NCBI GenBank assembly: GCA_963662405.2
Contig: CAXXKT010000001.1
Location: 1,280,001-1,344,000 of the forward strand
Length of the DNA: 64,000 nucleotides
Reading direction: 5' to 3'
Source: Syntrophales bacterium
GTDB taxonomy: Bacteria > Desulfobacterota > Syntrophia > Syntrophales > UBA2210
The translations under genes were made by a program, and so were the position numbers. Shown one piece after another: positions 35,116-45,613 of the stretch. The notes below the pieces were generated by a model. That model searched no databases, had not been told where the DNA came from, and was given only the letters and a program-made list of their open reading frames with translations. How positions within the stretch are numbered: the stretch's first letter is position 1; each line of letters opens with the position of its first letter.

Positions 35116-36102
35116 TCACGTCTCTTGGTCGACAGAGAACCGGCGTTTCATATCTAACAGGGAGAAGCGGTTAAAGGGGAGGGAGACGACTCCCAGGACG
35201 GTAATGATACCGATACTCAGAAAATGGAGGACGATGGCATAGATGAGCGCGTCGGTCTTGTGAATGCCGAACAGGCCGAGACCGAGCACGCAGAAAAAAT
35301 GCCAATTTCCGACGAATCCCGGTGCGGTTGGGATGGCGATGCCCATGACGATAACGACCATGAGAACAAAAGCGGCCGGTAGCGGCAGCGCAATCTCAAA
35401 CGCGAAGAAGAGAAGGTACATCACCACCGCGTTAATCACCCATATTGTTATGGAGAGCAATGCCACGTAGCACATGGATCTTCCGTTTGGGAGGATCTTG
35501 AATCCATCGATAAGGTTTCCCGTAAATCCTTCCAGCCCGACATGCCATTTCTTCGGAAATATTCTCAGAAGGGGTGTCAGCACATTGAGAGCCCCTTTTT
35601 TCCTGAAGATAAGAACGGCCATGAGACCGAAGAGCGCGAGGGTGAGACAGAGAAGGAAGACGCTGCCCCTGATCAGCCAGGGGGGGAGCGGCGTGAATAG
35701 AAAGACGGCAAAGAACAGCGCAAAAATGCTCAGGCTGTCAAAGACACGTTCCACCAGGATGGTTCCCAGTGCCGAAGAGAGGCTGGCCCCGGTCTTGGTA
35801 CTCACGAGGTAGGGGCGCGCAAATTCGCCGATCCGTGCAGGAATGGCAACCATAGCGAGAAAACCGAGGTTACTCACGGGAAAGAGTGAGGACTGGCCTA
35901 TGGCCATGATGGGTTTCAGTATGATTCCCCACCGATATGACCTGAGTACTTGAATGATAACCAAGAGGACCAGGGCCGGCGGCACATACCAGAGCTTCGC
36001 ACGTTTCAGTCCCGTGCCGATCCCCTCGAGATCAACTCCTTTCAGGGAAAGATAGACAAAAAACAGACCGACGGCAATTCCCAACAGCACTTTTTTAACC
36101 AT
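35116..36102 (-). CDS. lysylphosphatidylglycerol-synthase TM domain (YbhN/flippase-like) protein
   Basis: RSYRW, PARIGEFARP, ERVFD, PTAPGFVG; many TM helices. Confidence 0.85.
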   Translation of the reverse strand: MVKKVLLGIAVGLFFVYLSLKGVDLEGIGTGLKRAKLWYVPPALVLLVIIQVLRSYRWGIILKPIMAIGQSSLFPVSNLGFLAMVAIPARIGEFARPYLVSTKTGASLSSALGTILVERVFDSLSIFALFFAVFLFTPLPPWLIRGSVFLLCLTLALFGLMAVLIFRKKGALNVLTPLLRIFPKKWHVGLEGFTGNLIDGFKILPNGRSMCYVALLSITIWVINAVVMYLLFFAFEIALPLPAAFVLMVVIVMGIAIPTAPGFVGNWHFFCVLGLGLFGIHKTDALIYAIVLHFLSIGIITVLGVVSLPFNRFSLLDMKRRFSVDQET

Positions 36103-36184
36103 AGATCAGGCGGCTCTTCAAACGGTGATGAGGATTGGTGTATGCCCGGTACCAGATCGCATCCGGCACATCCGGGGTACGATG

Positions 36185-36580
36185 CTATTCAGACAGGTAG
36201 GCAGCCACCTTATCATGGAGGCGTTGTGACGCCACTTTGTTGCCGAACACGCCGACGCGAATGGACACCGTGGTCAGGTCCTTTGCCTTATATTCGACAG
36301 TGAACCACGCCCACTCGCCGTCTATGACGGCTTCTATGCTGCCTTTGCTTATCTCCTTTTCGGGGGACACATCGGTCGCGTTCATATGGGCGACGGTCTT
36401 TTCACAGGCGGTCCAGGTCTTATCAAACGGGTAGGGGTAATCGGTCTTCAAATCACCGTTGATGTAAAGGTACGCCCCGGTTCCTCCACTAAGGGCTGCC
36501 CCACCTATTAAAACAGGCGCACAGGCCAACAGTACGCTGGTGCCTCCCACCACAAGCAAGAGTAAAAGCGCTCTTTTCAT
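36185..36580 (-). CDS. DUF3568-like lipoprotein
   Basis: Lipobox LLA-C, Gly/Ala-rich segment, SIRVGVFGN C-terminal motif. Confidence 0.65.
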   Translation of the reverse strand: MKRALLLLLVVGGTSVLLACAPVLIGGAALSGGTGAYLYINGDLKTDYPYPFDKTWTACEKTVAHMNATDVSPEKEISKGSIEAVIDGEWAWFTVEYKAKDLTTVSIRVGVFGNKVASQRLHDKVAAYLSE

Positions 36581-36845
36581 ACCAGTATCCTCTCGATGTT
36601 ATTATTCCCCTGGTCTATTCCCGGTTCTTCCACCTACACCACCCACCAGCAGCCTTTTACCATATTCGCCCCCAACATTAAACCGGAAATGCCGATGCAA
36701 GGGGTGATAATCTCCCCGTGCGGCGCAGGGTCCTTTCTCTCTGTCGATCACGGGATAACGGCGCGTTTGTTCAGGATGTGATGGCACCGTGACATCATCT
36801 TTAATCTCTTTGACCATTTCTCTTTTCTGGTGTAAACGATTCGGC

Positions 36846-37745
36846 ATGAAGGTTCTCAGACTCCTTATGATCATGTTGCTCGTGTTGTCAATGATGGCAC
36901 CTGTTTCTCTGGATGCCTTCTCGATATCCGCGCCAACCGAGGACGGAATCGTGAGGGTTAGCTCGGAATATCGAAAAATCGGCCAAGGAGAGATCATCAA
37001 GATCACCCTTACACCCCCTGAAGCCGCCTCTGCACGCTTATCCTTTGACGGGAAGATATTCTCGTTTGTTTCGAACGGAAAAGGAGTGACTCTCTTTACT
37101 CTGCTTCCGCTCCGAGTCGACATGGAGCCGGGAGATTATGACGCCGTCATTCGTCTGGAACCGTTTTGCGGCTCCTCCAGAGAGATTCCTTTCAAGCTTG
37201 CCCTACCCAGGGGAATATTTCCCTCCACGAGGATACACGTTGCCCGCCGCTTCACCAGCCCCAGTCCGGAGGATCTCAAGAGAATGCATGATGATGAAGC
37301 ACTTCTCGACCGTATATATGAAAAATCCGTTCCCGCGTGGCTGGGCGCCGGCACATTTGTCATGCCCCTCAAGGGACCCGTATCCGGTGTGTTCGGAGAG
37401 CAGAGAATGTTCAATAACGAGGTGATGTCACGGCACCGGGGAGTCGATATCCGTGCCCCCCGAGGCGCCCCCGTTAAGGCCTCCAACGCGGGGCGTGTTG
37501 CCTTGGCTCGGAATCTGTACTTCGCAGGGAATACCGTTATTCTCGACCATGGGATCGGTCTGTTTTCAATGTACTGTCACCTGTCAAAGATCGTTGTGCG
37601 AGAGGGAACGGTGCTCGATTCAGGGACAGTCCTTGGATATGTCGGTTCGACCGGGAGGTCTACCGGCCCGCATTTACACTGGGGGATGAGGCTGGCCGGT
37701 GATTATGTCGATCCCCTGTCGGTGCTGCATCTCTCTTTTGATTAA
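36846..37745 (+). CDS. M23-family metallopeptidase
   Basis: HRGVD (HxxxD), YCHL, GRSTGPHLHW; signal peptide. Confidence 0.92.
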   Translation: MKVLRLLMIMLLVLSMMAPVSLDAFSISAPTEDGIVRVSSEYRKIGQGEIIKITLTPPEAASARLSFDGKIFSFVSNGKGVTLFTLLPLRVDMEPGDYDAVIRLEPFCGSSREIPFKLALPRGIFPSTRIHVARRFTSPSPEDLKRMHDDEALLDRIYEKSVPAWLGAGTFVMPLKGPVSGVFGEQRMFNNEVMSRHRGVDIRAPRGAPVKASNAGRVALARNLYFAGNTVILDHGIGLFSMYCHLSKIVVREGTVLDSGTVLGYVGSTGRSTGPHLHWGMRLAGDYVDPLSVLHLSFD

Positions 37746-37756
37746 AAGGGGTAGCG

Positions 37757-39136
37757 CTATGCCTTCGATGGCATGACGCCATCGAAACATTGGAGGCACA
37801 GATTGCCTCGGGGAATAAGAAGGGATGCCACAAAGGCATCCATGGTGTTAAATTTGACGGAATCCGCACCGATCGTACGGGCAATCCATCGTTCCAGACC
37901 CACCAGATCATCCATCGACATAATATCACCCGCCTTGATATGCTTTCGAGCCAGCAATTCTCCTTCGGAGCGAGTGGAGATCCCGAAGGCGCAGGGATAC
38001 ATGAGGGGGGGGCAGGCAACCCGGACATGAACCTCTTGTGCCCCTGCTTTTTTGAGGTCCCTGACCTTGTTGAGGATCTGGGTCCCTCGGACGACTGAAT
38101 CGTCGCAGAGAACAACCTTTTTCCCTTTTACATAGGGGAGAACGGACAATTTTCGTTTGGCCATTTTCTCACGGGCAACCTGAGTAATCTGGGTATAACT
38201 GCGATCGGCGTACCGATTGTAGAGGAACACATCCTGGTAACTGATCCCCGATCGCCGGTGATATCCGAGAGCATGTCCGACGCCAGACATCGGAACAGGG
38301 GCGACGATATCGGCCTCCAGACCTCCTTCATCGATATCCCGTTGGGCGAGGCTCTCTCCGAGGTTGTTTCGCGCCTCTTGTACGTAGACACCGTCTATGA
38401 TCGAATCGATACTTGCGGTGTACGCCCATTCGAAGGCGCAGTGTGCCGTGCGCGGTGCATCCAGTTGTTTTACGGTCTGGAAACCCTCATTGTTGATCAA
38501 GACGATTTCTCCCGGGGCAACATCCCTGACGACCTCCATCTCCATATTTTGAATAGCCCGTGATTCGGAGCTTACGGCATAACGCTCGGTGTCTCCGCCC
38601 AGGATGAGCGGTCTAAATCCATAGGTATCCCTCGTTGCGTAGATACCTTCTCCGGTGAGGACAACCAGCGAGTACGATCCTTCAATCTTATTTGCAATGG
38701 CGGATATCCCCTTTGCGATATCGCCCTCTCCTTCTTCAATAATAATCTTGGAGAGTATCTCGATGTCGTATCCTTTGTAGAACGATTTGCCCCGGTTCAT
38801 CATTTCTTTGAGGAGTTTGTCGCCGTTGATGATGTTGCCGCTGAAGGCGACCGATATCTCCCCGGCACGGGTCAACCATTTCATGGGTTGACGGTCCCGC
38901 AGACTGACATGCCCGATTCCCCACGTGCCCGTCAGACTCCGCAGCTCTTCCCCCGTGAACCGGTTGGTAACCCTTCCATGGTGGGTTACATGTTTGACTT
39001 CCATGTCAAAAGTGGATATGCCGCAGTATTCCTGCCCCCGGTGCTGGAGGAAATCCAGTCCCTGGTAGATGTCATCCACACAAGGTCCCGTTGAATATAT
39101 CCCGAATACACCGCAATTTTCCTCTATGAATTTCAT
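37757..39136 (-). CDS. purF: amidophosphoribosyltransferase-like protein (atypical glutaminase domain)
   Basis: EEN-CGVFG, LQHRGQE, RDTYGFRPL, CAFEWAY, DDSVVRGT, CLQCFDG. Confidence 0.85.
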   Translation of the reverse strand: MKFIEENCGVFGIYSTGPCVDDIYQGLDFLQHRGQEYCGISTFDMEVKHVTHHGRVTNRFTGEELRSLTGTWGIGHVSLRDRQPMKWLTRAGEISVAFSGNIINGDKLLKEMMNRGKSFYKGYDIEILSKIIIEEGEGDIAKGISAIANKIEGSYSLVVLTGEGIYATRDTYGFRPLILGGDTERYAVSSESRAIQNMEMEVVRDVAPGEIVLINNEGFQTVKQLDAPRTAHCAFEWAYTASIDSIIDGVYVQEARNNLGESLAQRDIDEGGLEADIVAPVPMSGVGHALGYHRRSGISYQDVFLYNRYADRSYTQITQVAREKMAKRKLSVLPYVKGKKVVLCDDSVVRGTQILNKVRDLKKAGAQEVHVRVACPPLMYPCAFGISTRSEGELLARKHIKAGDIMSMDDLVGLERWIARTIGADSVKFNTMDAFVASLLIPRGNLCLQCFDGVMPSKA

Positions 39137-39260
39137 GACACAGGCCTTTCTTTCCATCTCGAAGAGATACGAGTAACCACACTTGCGGTGCCGCGATCAT
39201 GCCGTTCACATGCCTGTTGCATGACGAACCGAAGGATAGCCGAAGTTGTGGAAAGCACCG

Positions 39261-42200
39261 TCATCTCATGTCCGCATGGTAGTCTTGGAGCGACTTCACA
39301 CGTCCGTGATCCTTCCGTATGGCGGCAATCCCTCTGACGGCGGCAAGGGCCGCGGCAGCCGTGGTTATGTAAGGGATCTTGTATCGAATGGCGGTTTTCC
39401 GAATGTATGAATCGTCGTACTTGCTCATCCTGCCGCTCGGGGTATTGATGACGAGTTGAACTTCCCGGTTTTTTATCCCGTCGGTTATATTGGGTCGTCC
39501 CTCGTGCAGCTTGAGTATCAGTTCCGAAGTGATTCCGTGATTCGCTAAAAACTGGTTGGTTCCCCTGGTGGTTTTCAATGTGAAGCCAAGCTTTTCAAAT
39601 TCCCGTGCCACGTCGAGAATAGCAGACTTGTCGTCGTCATATGCGGTGATCAGGACCGCGCCCTCCTCGGGGAGCATCTGCCCGGTGGCCTCCTGCGCCT
39701 TGAAGAAGGCCAGCCCGAAGGAATCTGCCATTCCAAGGACCTCTCCCGTTGATCGCATCTCCGGGCCGAGGAGGGGGTCGACCTCTTGAAACATATTGAA
39801 GGGGAAGACGGCTTCCTTGACGCCAAAGTGTTGTATCTGTGCCTCCTCAAGGTGGAGATCCTTCAGTTTCTTGCCCAGCATGAGCTGTGTGGCGATTCGC
39901 GCCATCGATATGTTGCAGACCTTTGAAACCAGCGGAACCGTTCGGGACGCCCGCGGATTGGCCTCAAGGATATAGACGACATCATCCATGATGGCGTACT
40001 GGATATTCATTAACCCTACGACCTGGAGCTCCCGGGCGATCTTCTGCGTGTATTCGGAGATAGTGGCCATCGCTGCATTAGAAAGGCTGACGGGAGGAAT
40101 CGCACAGGCGGAATCCCCCGAGTGGACGCCGGCCAGTTCGATATGTTCCATGATCGACGGGATGAAGACGTCCGTTCCATCGGAGATGGCGTCGGCCTCC
40201 ACCTCGATGGCATTTTCCAGAAACTTGTCGATCAAGATGGGTCTCTCGGGGGTGACGTCGACGGCGGCCGCGAGGTAGCGTTTCAACATCTCCTCGTCAT
40301 GGACCACCTCCATGCCGCGCCCTCCCAGGACGTACGATGGTCTGACCATCAGGGGGTAGCCGATTTCTTGAGCGATATCGAGGGCTTCTCCCAAGGTGCT
40401 CGCCATTCCCGATTTCGGCTCCGGTATCCCCAGTTTCTCCATTACCTTCCGGAAACGATCGCGGTCTTCCGCCAGGTCGATCATCTCCGGTGAGGTGCCG
40501 ATGATCTTTACGCCTGCGGCGGCCAACTCGTTCGCGATATTCAAGGGGGTCTGTCCACCGAACTGTACGATGACCCCTTCCGGTTGCTCCTTTTCGTAGA
40601 TGCTTAAGACATCTTCCACGGTCAAGGGCTCGAAGTAGAGCTTGTCCGAGGTGTCATAATCGGTGGAAACTGTCTCGGGATTGCAGTTTACCATGATTGC
40701 CTCAAGACCTTCATCCTTGATGGCGAAGGCGGCGTGAACGCAGCAGTAATCGAATTCTATCCCCTGCCCAATGCGATTTGGCCCCCCACCAAGAACGATG
40801 ATCTTTTTCCGGTCGGTTGATGGCACTTTGTCCGGCGTATTGTAGGTTGAAAAGTAGTATGCCGCATCCTCGACGCCGCTGACGGGGACCGGTTCCCACC
40901 CTTCGACAACACCCAAGGAGATACGTCGCTGGCGAATTTCCTCTTCCTTGATAGGGAGAAGCTTCGCCAGGTAACGGTCGGCAAAACCATCCTTCTTCGC
41001 CCGGATCAAGAGGTCTTCCGACAGTGTGCCCTTTTTGCATTGCAGGATTTCCTCCTCCAGCTCGACCAGTTCTTTCATCTGCTCGATGAACCACGCCTTG
41101 ATATGGGTCTTTTCATGGAGATCATCGATGCGGGCACCCTTGCGCAGGGCCTCATACATGATGAAGTGACGCTCACTCGTCGGCCTCGAGAGGAGTCCCA
41201 TCAGCTCATCGAGAGATCGTTCATGGAAGTCCTTTGCAAAACCGAGTCCGTAGCGGTTGATCTCCAGGGAACGGATCGCCTTCTGCAGGGCCTCCTTGTA
41301 CGTCTTGCCGATGCTCATCACCTCTCCGACCGCGCGCATCTGGGTCCCGAGCTCGTCGATGGCCCCCGGGAACTTTTCAAAGGCCCAGCGGGCGAACTTG
41401 ACAACGACATAGTCACCCGAGGGGGTGTATTTGTCCAAGGTCCCCTCTCGCCAGTACGGTATCTCATCCAGGGTCAGCCCGGCCGCCAGCATTGATGAGA
41501 TGAGGGCGATGGGGAATCCGGTTGCCTTGGAGGCCAGGGCTGAAGAACGGGATGTCCGGGGGTTGATCTCTATGACAACGACCCGTCCGCTCTCCGGGTC
41601 GTGGGCGAACTGGACGTTCGTCCCTCCGATGACCTGTATTGCCTCTACGATGTCGTAGGAATATTTCTGGAGACGCCCCTGCAGTTCGGAAGAGATCGTC
41701 ATCATGGGGGCGGTGCAGAACGAATCACCGGTATGGACACCCATCGCATCGACATTCTCGATGAAGCAGACCGTGATCATTTGGTTCTTGGTGTCTCGGA
41801 CAACCTCCAATTCCAGCTCTTCCCATCCCAGGACCGATTCCTCGACCAGGATCTGACCGATCAGACTCGCGGCGATCCCTCTGCCGGCGATGGTTTGAAG
41901 TTCTTCCTTGTTGTATACCAGTCCGCCTCCGGTCCCGCCCATGGTGTATGCCGGGCGGATTACCACCGGGTACCCCAGCTCTTCGGCGATCTCCTCCGCG
42001 TCCTCCACGCTGTAGGCGGGCTTGCTCCGTGGCATCTCGATACCGAGGCTGTCCATGGTTTCCTTGAAGGCGATACGGTCTTCTCCTCGTTCAATTGCGT
42101 CGACGTTGACGCCGATGATCTGGACTCCGTACTTGTCAAGGATCCCCTTTCGAGACAGTTCCGATGTCAGGTTGAGCCCTGACTGGCCACCCAAGTTGGG

Positions 42201-42461
42201 GAGGATGGCGTCCGGACGCTCCTTCTCGATAATCTCCTCGAGATATCGGGCATTCAAAGGCTCGACGTAGGTCGCGTCGGCCGTCCCGGGGTCGGTCATG
42301 ATGGTGGCCGGATTGGAGTTGACCAGGACAATCTCATATCCCAGCTTCTTGAGGGCCTTGCATGCCTGGGTCCCCGAATAGTCAAACTCACAGGCCTGCC
42401 CGATAATGATGGGCCCCGATCCTATGATCAGTATCTTATGGATATCCGTCCGTGCGGGCAT
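39261..42461 (-). CDS. carB: carbamoyl-phosphate synthase large subunit
   Basis: GSGPIIIGQACEFDYSG, two ATP-grasp halves (RPAYTMGG, RPSYVLGG), GGGPNRIGQGIEFDY, MGS-like C-terminus. Confidence 0.98.
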   Translation of the reverse strand: MPARTDIHKILIIGSGPIIIGQACEFDYSGTQACKALKKLGYEIVLVNSNPATIMTDPGTADATYVEPLNARYLEEIIEKERPDAILPNLGGQSGLNLTSELSRKGILDKYGVQIIGVNVDAIERGEDRIAFKETMDSLGIEMPRSKPAYSVEDAEEIAEELGYPVVIRPAYTMGGTGGGLVYNKEELQTIAGRGIAASLIGQILVEESVLGWEELELEVVRDTKNQMITVCFIENVDAMGVHTGDSFCTAPMMTISSELQGRLQKYSYDIVEAIQVIGGTNVQFAHDPESGRVVVIEINPRTSRSSALASKATGFPIALISSMLAAGLTLDEIPYWREGTLDKYTPSGDYVVVKFARWAFEKFPGAIDELGTQMRAVGEVMSIGKTYKEALQKAIRSLEINRYGLGFAKDFHERSLDELMGLLSRPTSERHFIMYEALRKGARIDDLHEKTHIKAWFIEQMKELVELEEEILQCKKGTLSEDLLIRAKKDGFADRYLAKLLPIKEEEIRQRRISLGVVEGWEPVPVSGVEDAAYYFSTYNTPDKVPSTDRKKIIVLGGGPNRIGQGIEFDYCCVHAAFAIKDEGLEAIMVNCNPETVSTDYDTSDKLYFEPLTVEDVLSIYEKEQPEGVIVQFGGQTPLNIANELAAAGVKIIGTSPEMIDLAEDRDRFRKVMEKLGIPEPKSGMASTLGEALDIAQEIGYPLMVRPSYVLGGRGMEVVHDEEMLKRYLAAAVDVTPERPILIDKFLENAIEVEADAISDGTDVFIPSIMEHIELAGVHSGDSACAIPPVSLSNAAMATISEYTQKIARELQVVGLMNIQYAIMDDVVYILEANPRASRTVPLVSKVCNISMARIATQLMLGKKLKDLHLEEAQIQHFGVKEAVFPFNMFQEVDPLLGPEMRSTGEVLGMADSFGLAFFKAQEATGQMLPEEGAVLITAYDDDKSAILDVAREFEKLGFTLKTTRGTNQFLANHGITSELILKLHEGRPNITDGIKNREVQLVINTPSGRMSKYDDSYIRKTAIRYKIPYITTAAAALAAVRGIAAIRKDHGRVKSLQDYHADMR

Positions 42462-42538
42462 ATGATTGTGTCCTTCCACTGATTTTCTTTGCACAGCCCC
42501 TCAGGGCGCAGCGAGTATAGAAAAGTCCCCCTCCCCTG

Positions 42539-44353
42539 TCAAGGTGTAAATAGTTCCCCGGGCAACCGGGGACACTGCCTGTATTCGCGGGAAAGGAGGC
42601 CTCCTTTTTCTTCCAACAATATTAATAACTTTCCGACTGCAAGGGGCTTGCGCTTTTTCCACTGACCTCGTCTCCGCAGGATAAGAACCGCCGAGATCAG
42701 AAGGATCAGGAACAGGATGATCATTCCCCACTCGTTCAGGGTGGGAATTGACATGGAGAAAGGTGTCAAGGCAATTCCGTCCGGCATAAAGCACCCGGTG
42801 ATCCAGCCCTGGTTCACGCCGGTCCCGTGCAGGGTAGCCCGGCCGATGGTTCCGCCCCAATTTGTCCAGTATACATATCCTGCATTCACGGTAACGCCAG
42901 CCGGTCCCGTGCACCCCGTGATCCAGTCCTGATCGGGGTTGGTTCCGTCGAGGTCTGCACGGCCGATGGTGTCATCATCGAAATTTGTCCAGTACACATG
43001 TCGCGCATCCACGGCGACACCGGCCGGTCCCGTGCACCCCGTGATCCAGTCCTGGTTGGGGTTGGTTCCATCCACGTTGGCCCGGCCGACGGTGTCGCTG
43101 CCGTAATTCGCCCAGTATATATAGTGTGCATCAACGGCGACCCCGTCAGGACCCGTACATCCCGTGATCCAGTCTTGGCTCACGCCGGTCCCGTCCAGAT
43201 TCGCCCGGCCGATGGTGTCGGATACGTTATTGGTCCAGTACACATGGGTGCCATCGACGACGATTCTGTACGGACCACCACACCCCGTGATCCAGTTATA
43301 GTCCACATGAGTCCCGTCCAGATCTGCCCTGCCGATAGTGCCGGGAGCGAAGGGCCAGGGCCCGAAGTTCGTCCAATACACGGAGTTTGCACCCACGGCG
43401 ACCCCGTACAACTCGAAGCATCCTGCCATCCATATCGGATCGGGATTGGAGCCGTCCAGATCTGCCCGACCGATGGAATGGGTGTTGTAATTCGGCCAGT
43501 ACACATAGGTCCCATCCACGGCGATCCCGTACGACTCGTCATACCCCTGGATCCAGCCCTGGTTCACACCGGTGCCATCCAGGTTTGCCCGACCGATCCT
43601 GTCTGATAATACATTGGTCCAGTATACGTACTGTGCATCGACAGCGATCCCCCACGGTCCCGCAAACCCCATAATCCAGTCCTGGTTGACGCCGGTTCCG
43701 TCCAGGTTTGCCCGGCCGATGGTGTCGCCGTCACGATTGGTCCAGTATATGTGGTTCGCATCCGTGGCGACGCCGGCCGGCTCAGCACACCCGGTGATCC
43801 AGTCCTGATTCGGGTTGGTTCCATCCAAAGTGGCCCGGCCGATTGAATCGCTGTCGTAATTCGCCCAGTATACATACTGTGCGTCAACGGCAACCCCGTC
43901 AGGACTCGTACACCCCGTAATCCAGCCCTGGTTCACGCCGGTGCCGTCCCGGTTTGCCCGGCCGATGGTGCCGTCGTCATAATTGGTCCAGTATACATAG
44001 TGCGCATCGACGGTAATCCCGTCCGGACCTTCACACCCCGTGATCCAGTCCTGGTTGACGCCGGAGCCGTCGAGGTTTGCCCGGCCGATGGTATTGTCAT
44101 GATAATTTACCCAGTATATGTAATTGGCATCGACGGCGACCGAAAGAGGTCCTTCGAATCCATGGATCCAGCGCTGATCGGGGTTCGATCCGTCCAGGTC
44201 GGCCCGGGCGACGGCATACATATCAGCACTGAAATCATTGTTTGTCCAATATACATACGCCGAACACATTTGACACAAAGGGTTCGTCAGCAAGATCACC
44301 GTAAAAAAACCTGTCAGGCACCAGATCATGCATCTCTTTGAAATAAAACTCAT
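42539..44353 (-). CDS. secreted YWTD-like beta-propeller repeat protein with IPTL-CTERM sorting signal
   Basis: Signal peptide; 12 repeats of about 41 aa (YVYWTN...TIGRANLDGT..NQDWITGC.GP.GVAVD); SIPTLNEWGMI + TM + RRR. Confidence 0.85.
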   Translation of the reverse strand: MSFISKRCMIWCLTGFFTVILLTNPLCQMCSAYVYWTNNDFSADMYAVARADLDGSNPDQRWIHGFEGPLSVAVDANYIYWVNYHDNTIGRANLDGSGVNQDWITGCEGPDGITVDAHYVYWTNYDDGTIGRANRDGTGVNQGWITGCTSPDGVAVDAQYVYWANYDSDSIGRATLDGTNPNQDWITGCAEPAGVATDANHIYWTNRDGDTIGRANLDGTGVNQDWIMGFAGPWGIAVDAQYVYWTNVLSDRIGRANLDGTGVNQGWIQGYDESYGIAVDGTYVYWPNYNTHSIGRADLDGSNPDPIWMAGCFELYGVAVGANSVYWTNFGPWPFAPGTIGRADLDGTHVDYNWITGCGGPYRIVVDGTHVYWTNNVSDTIGRANLDGTGVSQDWITGCTGPDGVAVDAHYIYWANYGSDTVGRANVDGTNPNQDWITGCTGPAGVAVDARHVYWTNFDDDTIGRADLDGTNPDQDWITGCTGPAGVTVNAGYVYWTNWGGTIGRATLHGTGVNQGWITGCFMPDGIALTPFSMSIPTLNEWGMIILFLILLISAVLILRRRGQWKKRKPLAVGKLLILLEEKGGLLSREYRQCPRLPGELFTP

Positions 44354-44517
44354 ATCGAATTCTCCTGCAGATACCTACCACGTTTGTGCATAACAAGAAA
44401 TAACGAACTCAGAAAAACAAGAAACCGGATGATCACCCTCCATTCGTTCAGAATGAAAATCGATGCACTGCGAATGAAGTCTCTTCCCTGGCGGCCAAGC
44501 CGCCGTGTGTTGCCATG

Positions 44518-44856
44518 CTACGATTCCGTAGCCTCGGGGCTACAAGGGGACGGGTCCCTTCTCTGTAACGGATGTTTGACTCGTCCGCGGTGATTTTCGA
44601 TTTTCCCAAGAATTGTCTCTATGTCGAAGGCCGCGCATATCAACTCCACCGAAAAGCCGCTTGCCCGGTTTTCCTGATCGACCACGCAGAAAGGGAGATA
44701 GTCAATCTCGGAGGCGGATGGAATGGAAGATTTGGCGGTTTCCGAAGGGCTTTCCGCCCTGGCGGTGATCCCCGACAGCAGGATGATTACCGTCACGAGT
44801 AACAAGGTCCCAATGAAATTGAGGTATTTTAATCGGGGTTGAAGGCCGGTCTGCAT
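44518..44856 (-). pseudogene. truncated N-terminal fragment of a PBP-domain sensor paralog
   Basis: SASEIDYLPFCVVDQENRASGFSVEL matches SASEIDYPPFCVLDADGRAGGFSVEL of 45842-49594, then homology stops. Confidence 0.7.
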
Positions 44857-44941
44857 ACCCGCGATTCCTCTTTGCCTCCTTTCAGGGAAAGAAAAAAAGG
44901 AATTGCTCCCGTCCGAACGCCCTTATAACTACAGCAAATTA

Positions 44942-44970
44942 GCAATACAAGTTTTCCATATGACTGTCAA
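44942..44970 (-). promoter_or_regulatory. putative sigma70 promoter of the truncated sensor gene
   Basis: TTGACA-N17-TATTGC; similar to the promoter at 49680-49708. Confidence 0.4.
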
Positions 44971-45115
44971 AGGATATCGTATGAACAGTTTGGCGAGTGG
45001 CGGGTCGGTCTTGTGATGGCGGGTCGGGACAGTACGCTGTGGAAAGCGGGGCAGGGAGGCATTGTTCAATACCGCCCTGTCCCCGGGTCGTGATCTTTGG
45101 CGTAGCGGTTTTTGT

Positions 45116-45613
45116 TCAATCCACGTTGAAGAATGCCTTCTGCTTGGCACCGCAGACGGGACAGGTCTCCGGCGCTTCGTTCTCGTGGGTGTAGCCGCAG
45201 ACCGAACAGACATAATAGCAATCGACTGTGGAAGGTTCGTCGAGGTTGCCCAGCATCTTCTGATACAATCCCGCGTGGACCTCTTCGACCGTATTGGCGT
45301 AGGTAAAGCTCCGCTCCGCTGCCTTGTCCCCCTCGTCTTTGGCTATTTCGATCATAGCGGGATACATTGATTTGAATTCATGGGTTTCACCCGCCACCGC
45401 CTCTTGCAAGTTTTCGCGTGTATTGTGTATACCACTCAGGGCTCTCAGATGCGCGTGGGCGTGCACCGCCTCCGCCTCCGCCGCGGCCCTGAACAGCTTG
45501 GCGGCCTGGGGATACCCCTCCTGATCCGCCTGCTTCGCGAAGGCCAGATACTTTCTGTTCGCCTGGGACTCTCCCGCGAACGCCTCCTGGAGATTCTGCT
45601 CCGTTGTGCTCAT
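45116..45613 (-). CDS. rbr: rubrerythrin
   Basis: AFAGESQANRKY, ExxH diiron motifs, C-terminal CSVCGY...CPVCG rubredoxin-like domain. Confidence 0.93.
   Translation of the reverse strand: MSTTEQNLQEAFAGESQANRKYLAFAKQADQEGYPQAAKLFRAAAEAEAVHAHAHLRALSGIHNTRENLQEAVAGETHEFKSMYPAMIEIAKDEGDKAAERSFTYANTVEEVHAGLYQKMLGNLDEPSTVDCYYVCSVCGYTHENEAPETCPVCGAKQKAFFNVD

Noticed and set aside
42780..44260. Regularly spaced DNA repeats as a possible CRISPR array or DGR template
   Set aside because: 123-bp in-frame coding repeats with codon-level divergence; no unique spacers, cas genes or reverse transcriptase in the window
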